Of a stretch of 64,000 nucleotides of DNA, positions 54,523 through 64,000 are shown in pieces; the stretch's first letter is position 1, and each line of letters starts with the position of its first letter. The notes under the pieces were generated by a model, which saw only the letters and a program-made list of their open reading frames with translations, did no database searches and was not told the DNA's origin. This DNA comes from Epithemia pelagica (taxonomy: Eukaryota; Protista; Bacillariophyta): positions 3,348,001 to 3,412,000 of the forward strand of contig OX337228.1 in NCBI GenBank assembly GCA_946965045.2, read 5' to 3'. The position numbers and the translations under genes were made by a program.

Positions 54523-57500
54523 ATGGCTGGTACGAGACAGCGTAAGAAGACGGAGAAAGGCTCTCAAGCCGCTCCAAAGAATCGAAAAGGACAACGTGGT
54601 ACGAAGACGCCACCGCTCGTAAACTCCCCCTCTCCGAACAAGAAGAAACAGAAGGTACACCGTGCGAGAAGATGCAACATGAAGCAACCGTCCCCAAATC
54701 TCCAAACCCGTAGTAAACGCAAGGAGTCAGGTGTCACCTGTGCGAACAACACAGTTGAATCGGATCGCTTAACCAAAGTGATTGCGGACTTTAAAGACAG
54801 CAAGAAGAAGCCTTGTTCAGTCTTTGGTCTTGATAGGAGACAGCGATACCGAGATTACTTCCTCTGTTTTGAATGTCACGAGGCCGATACCCGCGAGCAA
54901 CTCTATCCTAATCTCGTCACCAACAGAAAAGCAGAACGTGGGGCGTACACTTGTACTGCCAACCATAAGAACATGATCCATCCAACTGATAAGGTCAAGG
55001 TGATTGTCAAAAGGAAACATCTTCGAGCAACCACCAAAACAATCAAGGAGAATATAGTTGCCAAACTCGAAGATCGATCTTCCAAGAAACATGATGACGA
55101 CACAAAGTCTCCCCCAGCCCAGTCTTCAAATGGCGACGACCCTGAGGAATCCTCCAAACCAATGTCCCCAAGGGCACGAAAGTGCCTCAAAAAATACTTA
55201 CACAAGACGAGCAAGTCCAAAACCATTGGCTTCACGAGCACCATCCAAGACAAAACCAAGGACCCACCCAAGGAATCGACCTCTGTCAATGAGATTACCA
55301 CCATGCAGGCAGTTCCTTCAACACCACCCCGACTTGAGAATCATCGAGTCGTCCAAGAACCCATACTTCAAGTCGACGACTCATTGGACCTCAACAAAAT
55401 GGACAAGGCATATTCCAAGAATGAAAAGGATGGAAAAGACTTTCCTCTTCATGAAAAGGACAATGATCAGGGATTGATGACTAGCAATGCAGACAATGAC
55501 TCTCCGAATGACTTACTGTTGGACGCAGCTAACGATTCTGATGGACCAGAGCTCAGCAATACCAGGGAACAAGGGTCTGAGTCAGCTCGCACGACGGACA
55601 AAGGCTCAGAGCCCGATCCCAATGAACAAGGCTCAGAGCCCGCTCCCAATGAACAAGTCTCAGAGCCCGCTACCGATGAACAAGACTCAGAGTCCGCTCC
55701 CAAAGACCACGGCTTTGTGATTATCTCACGTCTGAAAGCAGAACTTGAAAAGGCACGTAATGAGAGCAACAAGATGAGACAGAATTTGAAGGATTCTAAA
55801 AGGGAAGTCAAGAAGCTTACAAACAAGGCGAAGTACTGGAAAGACTTATACAAGGCGAAAGGCGTGCCCATCAAGTTACCCAAGTCTGTTGGAAGGAAGG
55901 ACAATGCTCACAAGGTGGCAGAGCATATTCGAATGTTAGTCGAGACTTCTGTGGATCCCCTTCAAGAAGACAGTTTGGGAGCACAAACCTTTTTCACAGA
56001 TCTGACGACAATGCTCTTGGACCCTTCACTCCACAGTGGACAAAGTAGACGCTGCGCATACGATGTGTTTTGCCAACATGTTAGGAAGCACATCTACACT
56101 CCTCACAATGTGTTGCGACAGATGGACTTACAGGGGGGTGCCTTAAACTTTCGTAACATAGAACTACTACGAGACATTGAAACCAAGGGTAAGCCCTGGC
56201 AGCGAACACTCTTACCAAGTACGTCTGTACTACAGGATTATGCCAAACAAGTCGAGAAGTTTGGGGAAAACTTCTGTCCCTTTAGAATGTTCAAGAATAA
56301 AAAAGATGGGAGCGAAGGGTTTGCATTCAGGGCTGCAGATGTCATTGTAGGAATACTCATGGCCGGAGATGTACTCCAGACAGAAGCATTGTTACGCTCC
56401 ATCAAACTGGCCCAATCAATGGATGGAGCACTCTTCACTAAAAACTTGGGCCATACGCTGGGTGGTCTAAAGTTCAATGATGAATCCAGTGAACTACGTC
56501 AATCCAGAAACGGTGTATTTCCAGTACTATGTGTTTGTACAAGAGAGTCGAAGGGAATTATCCGAGGCATTTTCTACAGGATGATTAAAGAAATACAAGA
56601 GGCAGCTGACTTTGTGGTTCCTCGTCACTTTGGTGTTGAGGCTATTGTAGTTAGTACCAATTGCGACATGAGTTGCGAGTGGAAGCTGGCTGCCCGCGGT
56701 GGTGCAGCAAGGCAAGTCACTTACCCGTGTGCCAAATGCGCAGTGAAAAGCGGGGCCCTCCACTTGCAAAGCCAGCCAACTCACTCCTGTTCTTGGTGTC
56801 AACAGCTTGGACACTTGGCACGGCCTAATTGGATATGCCGGCATCACCGAATCTGTACAAAGGAGGTAATTTCCCAGCTTCGGGAAGAAGTAGACCTTAT
56901 GGAGAAGAATATGCCAAAGAAAGTAGGAAGTTTGGAGGAAGTTTGGATGAGCTCGAACCTAACACATCAGGAAGACCCCAGGAATACACCTACGCCCCAG
57001 AACCTAACCTCAACAAACTCAATTCACTTCAAGATAGAGACTGCATCGCCTGATGACAGAAGAGTGTACAGTGAGAACTTGACCCATGACCTTGTGCTTC
57101 GCGACATGGATTACACAGGGTCCCTACAAGAGCGACAGTGTCGATTAATGGCACAACACATAAAGGAGTGGCATTATTTCCGAGCGTGTCAGAGTCTCTC
57201 CCAATTCGAGGACAGTCAGATAGATAGTGCATTGGTACTCGTCATGGATGTGGTTCCGTGCATCTTGCACATGGAGAATCGCATGGGGATTCTCATCCTG
57301 TCGCTTCTAGCCAAGGTTGGCCTTAGCAATGCCAAGGCAAAGAAGCTACGATGGATGACTGCAACGGACAAGAGATCACAGGAAACTCGAATCAAGGCTT
57401 TCGTCGACATGATGAACAAGATCATGAACACTAAAATTCTTGGCACCGAGGAGCAACCAAGGCAATGGATCTTGCCTTATGATTCGAAGTCGAAGTCCAT

Positions 57501-58305
57501 TGCAATAATTTGCATGGATAATGTAAGAGTACGCAAGGTTGTTGAGAAAGTTGAGGAACTGATCAATATCTGCGTAGCGACTAAGAGTGACCGGACACTT
57601 TGGAAATCTTGTTTGTCCTACTACAGGCAGGGTTATTCGATTCTTCTGCGTAAGGAAGATCTGGACAACACTACAATTTATCAATTCCAGGAGAAAATTG
57701 ATCTCTTCTTCGACAAGTGGATAACCCTGCATGGAGAATCCGGTGTGACAAACTACGCCCATATGTTGGGAAGTGGGCACATCATGGAGTTTTTGTTGCA
57801 CTACAAGAACTTATCCGCCCACTCCCAACAAGGGTGGGAAGGTAAGTGTGGACGAGCAGTCCATTTGTTTCTTTGTGGATTGTTGGCTCACATGATTCTT
57901 CTATCAGCTTTCAACTCGCTTTTCAAGCGTTTCTATTTTACTAGGACGCAGAGGGGTGGGTCGACGAATCGTGGTTTGGGACAGCAAACAAGATTGGAAC
58001 CTATTGCAAAATGGTTGCAGAGACGACTCGTATTCATGGCAGGACATGAATACGAGTACATTCAGGAAACAAACAAAACAATGACGGCGGAAGAGAAAGC
58101 GGCGTTCCAAAATTGGGTACAAAAAGAGAAAGGGACGATGGAGTTTTGTATGCCAATTGACAAGCAGTCAACTGGGACGAGGTTTGATAGTGACGATGAC
58201 TGGGACGTGGGGGTTGGTACAACTGGTGTTTCTGGAGTTCGTGCGAGTGGAGAAGCAGAATTGGATGATGAGTTTTGGTACGATTCTTCTGACGAGAGTC
58301 AATAA
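54523..58305 (+). CDS. RAG1/Transib(CMC)-like DDE transposase; 66-bp intron at 57842-57907
   Basis: SMDG (D at 56422), TNCDM (D at 56665), YPCAKC, CILH, TNYAHMLGSGH, and spliced SQQGWE|AFNSLFKRF (E at 57838). First ATG at 54523. Confidence 0.75.
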   Translation: MAGTRQRKKTEKGSQAAPKNRKGQRGTKTPPLVNSPSPNKKKQKVHRARRCNMKQPSPNLQTRSKRKESGVTCANNTVESDRLTKVIADFKDSKKKPCSVFGLDRRQRYRDYFLCFECHEADTREQLYPNLVTNRKAERGAYTCTANHKNMIHPTDKVKVIVKRKHLRATTKTIKENIVAKLEDRSSKKHDDDTKSPPAQSSNGDDPEESSKPMSPRARKCLKKYLHKTSKSKTIGFTSTIQDKTKDPPKESTSVNEITTMQAVPSTPPRLENHRVVQEPILQVDDSLDLNKMDKAYSKNEKDGKDFPLHEKDNDQGLMTSNADNDSPNDLLLDAANDSDGPELSNTREQGSESARTTDKGSEPDPNEQGSEPAPNEQVSEPATDEQDSESAPKDHGFVIISRLKAELEKARNESNKMRQNLKDSKREVKKLTNKAKYWKDLYKAKGVPIKLPKSVGRKDNAHKVAEHIRMLVETSVDPLQEDSLGAQTFFTDLTTMLLDPSLHSGQSRRCAYDVFCQHVRKHIYTPHNVLRQMDLQGGALNFRNIELLRDIETKGKPWQRTLLPSTSVLQDYAKQVEKFGENFCPFRMFKNKKDGSEGFAFRAADVIVGILMAGDVLQTEALLRSIKLAQSMDGALFTKNLGHTLGGLKFNDESSELRQSRNGVFPVLCVCTRESKGIIRGIFYRMIKEIQEAADFVVPRHFGVEAIVVSTNCDMSCEWKLAARGGAARQVTYPCAKCAVKSGALHLQSQPTHSCSWCQQLGHLARPNWICRHHRICTKEVISQLREEVDLMEKNMPKKVGSLEEVWMSSNLTHQEDPRNTPTPQNLTSTNSIHFKIETASPDDRRVYSENLTHDLVLRDMDYTGSLQERQCRLMAQHIKEWHYFRACQSLSQFEDSQIDSALVLVMDVVPCILHMENRMGILILSLLAKVGLSNAKAKKLRWMTATDKRSQETRIKAFVDMMNKIMNTKILGTEEQPRQWILPYDSKSKSIAIICMDNVRVRKVVEKVEELINICVATKSDRTLWKSCLSYYRQGYSILLRKEDLDNTTIYQFQEKIDLFFDKWITLHGESGVTNYAHMLGSGHIMEFLLHYKNLSAHSQQGWEGKCGRAVHLFLCGLLAHMILLSAFNSLFKRFYFTRTQRGGSTNRGLGQQTRLEPIAKWLQRRLVFMAGHEYEYIQETNKTMTAEEKAAFQNWVQKEKGTMEFCMPIDKQSTGTRFDSDDDWDVGVGTTGVSGVRASGEAELDDEFWYDSSDESQ
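55567..55704 (+). repeat. 27-bp coding minisatellite, about 5 units (EQGSEPAPN)
   Basis: GAACAAG at 55624, 55651 and 55678, with degenerate units at 55567 and 55597. Confidence 0.85.
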
Positions 58306-58388
58306 GGGAGGACGGGAGAACGAAATGCATAGTGAGAATACTACTACAGGAGTAATGAATACATATAAGAATCGATCGAGTCAAACTA

Positions 58389-59858
58389 CTAGTTATAGGC
58401 ATTGATGAGTTCGAGTATGTCTTCATGTGAGAGAGTCTTATCCACACTCTGATGTTTAGGGGGGTTGTCATTGTCGTACAGTTTCCCTGCAATAACCCGA
58501 GACGTGATTTCATGGAGCTCGGTCTCTTGGTGACGAGATATCTGGATTACCTTGTAAATGGTTCCCTCCTTGTCATAGATGTCTCCAATCGAGATGCCTA
58601 TGTCCAAAGGTGCATTCGGGTCGGGGGTTGGTGGTTGCTTATGAGACATAGTGTTCTCATAATTCTCCTTCACTCTACCTTCAACTATGTTCTTCAGATG
58701 GACAGTCGGTGGATCGTGCATGAGAGAACCATCTCTCTTAGTTTGGTAGCAGTACTTGTTGTACCCAACAGTGACTCGGGTATTCAGTGGGGAGAAAGCA
58801 ATGTCCACTCCGTTCCCACGGAAAAGACGTTTGAATGGAGGTTCTTCGGGAAGTTCATCGCTCTGGGAATCACGGCCACGAACCAATGTCACACAGTGTC
58901 CAGAGGACAAGACAACTCCTTTCGGACCATCAGCTAGGCGTGGACGATGCTCGGTAGAGCCATATGTACAGCTGATTCCAAGAGTCTGACGGAGAATCTC
59001 GACGTCACTTGAAGTTTCAAAGCGAAGAACGCCCAGTTTGAAAGAAAACTTGAGTTTCTTGCGGGTCAGTAGATAATCACTGTCTTGGAAAGATTCGGAT
59101 TGGTAAAAAAACTGGCATTTCGAATGGAGGGATTCTTTTGTTACAATAGCCAAGTAGTTGAACGTTTCCATAGGTATATGGCCGATGGATAAGGACGATA
59201 ATTCTTCCGACTCTGCTAGGCTGGTTCGTCTATTCAATGTCTTCGTGATGGCCTTGCGGATCAGATACAGGCCGCGCCAAACAGATTCATGGTAACAGCG
59301 TTTACCTCCCACGAGATGATCCATGGCCAATCTTCCAGTAACATCATTTGGGAAACAAACACTTTCATCTTCGGGCAAGTTGGAAAGGAAAGTTGAGCTG
59401 TCACGAAAGTGATCATTCTTTTGCTCAAGAAATCGTAGAACAAAAACATTGGTGAGACCGTGTGCCCACGAATTCTTTGGATCGGCAATCTCTGTTACCG
59501 AAAATACAAAGGCAGGATAGAGAATGTTGCAGGTTTCTCCAGGGGTCACAGAAAGGAAATCAGTCGATTGATACAGTTCTGTATTGAGACTGCCAGGAGA
59601 GCCAAAGGGAATCGGGCGATGATGATGCTTGGGTAAGTCAGGGAGTCTTTCATTCTTTTTCAATGGAAATAACGGGTAGAATAGCCGGAGATGAAATCCA
59701 TTTTGCGTGCGGCGTTCGATCCGACAAATAGTTGTAGTACCCGGCTCTTGTTTCCAAAGTTTGGCATGAACAAAACTCCCAACACGAAGACAGTCGTCAA
59801 GATGATTTACGTAGAGAGGAGGTTGGTTGATGTGAGCACGAAAGATGTTGGGCGACAT
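58389..59858 (-). CDS. Uncharacterised 489-aa partner protein, convergent with the transposase
   Basis: Intact ORF from the ATG at 59858; its stop lies 83 bp from the transposase stop. No kelch or other family recognised. Confidence 0.75.
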   Translation of the reverse strand: MSPNIFRAHINQPPLYVNHLDDCLRVGSFVHAKLWKQEPGTTTICRIERRTQNGFHLRLFYPLFPLKKNERLPDLPKHHHRPIPFGSPGSLNTELYQSTDFLSVTPGETCNILYPAFVFSVTEIADPKNSWAHGLTNVFVLRFLEQKNDHFRDSSTFLSNLPEDESVCFPNDVTGRLAMDHLVGGKRCYHESVWRGLYLIRKAITKTLNRRTSLAESEELSSLSIGHIPMETFNYLAIVTKESLHSKCQFFYQSESFQDSDYLLTRKKLKFSFKLGVLRFETSSDVEILRQTLGISCTYGSTEHRPRLADGPKGVVLSSGHCVTLVRGRDSQSDELPEEPPFKRLFRGNGVDIAFSPLNTRVTVGYNKYCYQTKRDGSLMHDPPTVHLKNIVEGRVKENYENTMSHKQPPTPDPNAPLDIGISIGDIYDKEGTIYKVIQISRHQETELHEITSRVIAGKLYDNDNPPKHQSVDKTLSHEDILELINAYN

Positions 59859-60213
59859 GGTTGCGATGTATGATATGATAATCAATTCGGTGATCGTCTT
59901 TTAGGCATGATCGTTTGGTTGTTGCATTACATGCCGATCCGGTTGGAGGGTGTTGCATGCAGGGGATGTTGAGCGGTTGAGTCCTCCAATGAATGAGGAT
60001 GATCCATCCGAGATGGTCAATGCCAGTGAGACAAAAAGAATCATGGATGGACATCGTTGAGTTTTTATATATAAGAGAGTGTGGTGAGGCCAAAGACTTT
60101 GTTTAAGCGCGCCGGGTGATATTTTTAAGAGCGAGCCTACCATTTTGGTCAGGAATGCACGTGTGGGTAGAAAAAAGGTTACGACAACCGGTCGTATTGG
60201 TCATCTTAATGAC

Positions 60214-60962
60214 ATGAAGCAATCGAAGGAAATGCAACAACTTTACTCGGATCACAATCTCTTCTTTCCGAGGAGGGCAGACGAGTTTGAAACCCAACTT
60301 CGATCCTTTTGGGCCTGTGCCAAAGGCCTTTGTGGCGCTTCATCCATGATTGCCAACCAAATTTTGAAAGTCTTGAACTTCTACCACCAATTCAGGACCG
60401 CCAATTCTTATTCGCCATCGACGAGGCCGTCCAAGAGTTCGTTTCCACCCTTTCCAGTGCTTCATCGCTTGCTGACGTGGGTTTCAAGGACTTTGAAGAG
60501 CGTGTAAATTGGATCTTGTTCACAGTCAAGACCGGTTCGACTTTAGTCTCCCTCCCACCGGCTCTCCAAGCTAAGTTTCAAGCGAATCAATTGAAGAACT
60601 CTCAGAGGAAACGTTCTGGAGGTTCTGACGACGGTTCCCCAAGCTCCAAACGTCAACAAAGCTCCTCCTCCTCCAATTCCGATCCACAGAAGACCGCAGC
60701 GACTTTCGACTCTCCATCAAACTGGCGTCTCCCGGCTGATTCGAACTTTATGCAAGTCTTTCCCCCCACGGTCCTCACCAACATTCCCTTCATCGAGAAA
60801 AATGGTAAAAAGAAACACTTCTGCAACGTTCTTTTCTCCAAAGGAACCTGCAAGAAAGGCAAGAAATGCAAGTTTCTTCACGATGACCCAAGCAAACACA
60901 ACAAGAAGGATGCCATGGACGAGTTTTATCGGTCGGCATACGCCAATGTCAATCGCAATTGA
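60214..60962 (+). pseudogene. gag: DIRS-type gag, 3' part
   Basis: MKQSKEMQQLYSDHNLFFPRRADEFETQLRSF, a frameshift near 60400, FLFAIDEAVQEF, and the CCCH finger FCNVLFSKGTCKKGKKCKFLH. Confidence 0.72.
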
Positions 60963-63900
60963 CGCCGGGACGGGTTGATTGCTGCCTCATCCTCAATTCC
61001 TTCTTCCTTGTTGCGAGACGACTCTCAACCCACCTTTAATAATAATACTATAGTTGCGGAGTCTTCTTTTCCTTCGAAGCCTCTTGCTCCATCCCCACCA
61101 CCCTCACCCAACATCATCCCATCCTTTCTCCCACCTTTGGCGACACCTTCATCCGACCACAAACCTAAGATCCCGAGCACTGCGAACCCTTTTCTGGTGC
61201 ATCATATCACTCAAGATTATTCAAGACACCCCGAGACCCGTCAACGAGAACTCTCCGACTTGATCTCATCCGTTCAGAATCAATGTGTCATCACGTCTGA
61301 TTCCATTCCCAAGATCTCGTCGTCCGTTGATACACCGTCCTCTATTCCCACGACTGCCGCCAGTCACCCCCGGCCAACTTCCAAGGATCTCCCAAGAGAA
61401 TCTCTTACCGTTGGCACCTCTACAAGACCCCCAAGTCCCCCAAGTTCTCATTCCGAAACTCTATCCTCACAAATTGAGAAGACTCTCCCAGGAAGCTCTT
61501 CAGCGATAATTGGATCCGATTTCTCGGGTAAGCCCCTAGCGCGGAACGTCAAAAGATTGGAACAAGCACGACAAGCGGATATAAAATTACTAGGTGAGTC
61601 TATATATGATGTCGACACGGAATCCGTTCTCCCAAGTTCCCAGCACTGCTATCTCCCCAACAAGATCTCCATGATTTTCCCATCAAGACTCGCTCCTCCC
61701 CCACTCCAAGATGTGTGCCACCCTTTGGACCTTTCCACCATCCTCAAGATTGCCAATCACAAACCGCCGACACCCAAGCCCTCCCCCTTTCGTCACTCCA
61801 TTGACGATGACGTTGTCCTATCAAACGCGACTTTCAACTCACAGCTGATTGAAAGATTCGACTTTGATCTGCAACGACTGATTGACAGCCACCCCGGTTC
61901 CGTCATCACCCCAGGATCCGAATTCCGCACAGCGGAAATCTTGGAACCGCTCCTAGCCGGCCACCCATACTGGTCACGGTTCCACCATAACCTCACGCAA
62001 GGTGTCTCATACCCTCTCACAGCTGAGGAAGAAGAGCCAGCCAGACGCGCTGAGAATGAGGCAATCCTCGAATATGGCAACCATGCCTCTGGTAAGAAAA
62101 ACCCCGACGCTCTTTCCAAAGTCCTCCGAAAAGACGCGTCCAAGGGTTTTTCCCTCCCCATCATGTTTCTCTGCGCAACCGAGATCAAACATAACCGGAT
62201 CAGTCCAATGGGAGTAGCCCACCAAATGGGCATCGATGCCAATGGCGATCTTGTTCCCAAAGACCGTCTGACCCACGATCAATCATTTTCCCTTGGATTC
62301 TGCCCCTCGACAAACGACTTGATCGATCAAAGCAAATTGATTGACCTGGTGATGGGCCACTGTTTAGATCGAGTGATCCACCAAATTGTCGCATTGCGCT
62401 GGCACTTCCCAAATGATCGTATCGTCATAAGCAAATTCGATTGGTCTTCTGCTTATCGTCGCGTTCACGGAGACGGCGATGTTGCAGCAAGGAATATAAC
62501 CATTGATCCATCCAATTCCTTTGCCCACCTAAATCTCCGCTTGACTTTCGGAGCTTCAGCCAATCCAGCCGAATTTTCCATCGTCTCCAAAATTGGAACT
62601 GACCTCTGCAACGATCTCGCCGATTTCGACGATTGGCAACCAACCGATTGCCAATCACCACTCCAAGAAGGCATTGGGGGACCCAAGTACCTACCAGAAG
62701 AATTCCCCGTAGCTCCAGCATGCGAATTGGCTGTTTCTGTCCCAACTCGTCCTCATGGATTTCATGATTCATACCTGGATGACATGATTCAAGTCTTCCT
62801 CGCCACCAACCCACATCTCGCCCGATGTCCCAGTATTGTCCCACTCGTTGTCCATCTCATGACAAGGCCCGTAGCCGACAACGAACCGATCCCAAGAAAA
62901 GACATGTTGGAAGCAGACAAACTCGCAGCCGAAGGCGCTCCTGCCGAAGAGCAACGAGTTCTCGGGTGGATTGTTGACACAAGGTGACTTCTCCTTCGCC
63001 TCCCAAAAGACAAGTTGATTGGTTGGACACGCGAAGTGAATCAAATGTTATCCAGTCGACGGACAACCTTCCAAAACCTTCGCAGTCTCATCGGGAAATT
63101 GCTCCATGCCACCAAAGGCATTCCACACGCGTCCTTCTGGTTGTCACGGCTACGCGAATACCAAACATTCATCGAACAAGCGTTTCGGCAAAAACAGCAA
63201 TCGAAACCACCCGACACCAACAAGGATCCAAAACAACCAAAACAAAACAGAGATGTACCACCTTCATTCTATCGGTACTCCATCCCTGAGTCCATCGCCA
63301 ACGACCTCCAAGTGTGGCCGTCCCTCCTCCAACACTCCCACGACGGCATCTCACTTAACCGACTAGTTTGTCGCGTACCCACACATCTCTTCCATGCAGA
63401 CTCATGCCCTGAAGGAATGGGCGGTTACTCTGTTCGATCCGGCAGAGCATGGCGATTCCAAATCGACCAATCAAGACTCGAAGCTCTTGCCCAACTCGAC
63501 CCATCATCTACCAACACACGCGCCAACAATCTTTTTGAGTACATCGCAATTGTTGTGTCAATGTGGGTTGATTGTTGGTACGATGACATCGATGAAAACT
63601 CGGCCGTACTGAGTCTCTCCGACAACTCATCCGCCGTCGGCTGGATGTACAAATCGTCCTTCGGCTCCGACAAGCCGCTACAGGTCCAAGTCTCGAAGAA
63701 ACTGACCGACTTGATTCTCCACCACAAGTTTGCCCTTCAAGCGGAACACATCCCTGGGAGCAAGAACGACGTGTCAGACATCCTGTCAAGATACTGGTCT
63801 CTTAACGATAACGATCTTACCCTTTTTCTTCATGAAAATTTTATGTTGCAGATTCCAGAGAATTTTCACATCAGTCCCTTGCCCAACGAAATACTATGTT

Positions 63901-64000
63901 GGATCTCCTCGATCGTGCCAGCGTGTCCCGCATCTTCTTCGGCAAAACCGAAGGATCGCACCAAAAGCGCGACAAATGCTGGGAACGATGGACAGAACAT
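60963..64000 (+). pseudogene. pol: DIRS-type RT-RNase H with one premature TGA (62985-62987); the frame stays open to the window end
   Basis: RT: SKFDWSSAYRR, LRLTFGASANP, SYLDD. After the stop (not in the ORF track): LRSLIGKL, ADSCPEGMGG, NNLFEYIA, SDNSSAVGW, HIPGSKNDVSDILSR (RNase H D-E-D-D). Confidence 0.88.

Larger units (their letters stand above)
54036..60213. mobile_element. Two-gene DNA transposon with a RAG1/Transib-like transposase, nested in the DIRS gag
   Basis: Removing it re-joins gag in frame. Junction repeats: ATGAAGCAA at 54042-54050 and 60214-60222, or a 9/12 terminal IR at 54036-54047 vs 60202-60213. Confidence 0.75.
51889..64000 (+). mobile_element. Decayed DIRS/Ngaro-type retrotransposon, interrupted by a 6.2-kb insertion and running off the window
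   Basis: Gag with a CCCH finger and DIRS-type RT/RNase H. The left terminus was not identified. The YR gene is expected beyond 64000 and was not seen. Confidence 0.75.

Noticed and set aside
54038-58334. Smaller Transib bounded by CACTATG (54038) and CATAGTG (58328-58334)
   Set aside because: Only 7 bp match, the flanks GACGT and AGAAT are not a TSD, and gag resumes only at 60214.
58389-59858. Partner ORF as a RAG2 homologue
   Set aside because: No kelch repeats, acidic hinge or PHD finger are visible.
62985-62987. TGA-C between RT and RNase H as programmed readthrough
   Set aside because: It falls in the DTRRL-type motif, where a CGA-to-TGA change is the simplest explanation, and the element has other lesions.
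1-64000. rRNA, tRNA, CRISPR arrays, telomeric repeats
   Set aside because: None recognised by eye. A tRNAscan-SE or Infernal run would be needed to exclude small RNA genes.

Overview
Eukaryotic nuclear DNA, most likely a pennate diatom. This is inferred from short GT-AG introns, compact intergenic spacers and CoDi-type Copia motifs. Positions 1-39,100 are mostly gene-dense host sequence: GARP/SHAQKYF Myb, double-AAA ATPase, Nup155, coronin, alpha/beta hydrolase, POLD2, His-phosphatase-GNAT fusion, LRR protein, SmD3, ankyrin protein, tandem M14 carboxypeptidases and RRP17/NOL12. One intron-containing tyrosine-recombinase DNA element (27169-31307) splits a TPR gene at a 5-bp TAGTA duplication. 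Positions 39,100-64,000 are a nest of mobile elements: an intact Copia with identical 160-bp LTRs, a 1.4-kb foldback, a MULE-like transposase, a 148-bp hairpin, and a decayed DIRS/Ngaro-type retrotransposon. The gag of that retrotransposon is interrupted by a 6.2-kb two-gene element encoding a RAG1/Transib-like transposase with a tail-to-tail partner gene. Best candidates for something new: (1) the two-gene RAG1-like element; (2) the tyrosine-recombinase element with subterminal inverted repeats and an asymmetric left-end array; (3) the same UGA-CGCCRGG stop context, 9-nt spacer and stem between in-frame gag and pol in two unrelated retrotransposons, suggesting a shared readthrough signal. All homology calls are from motifs recognised by eye; no search was run.
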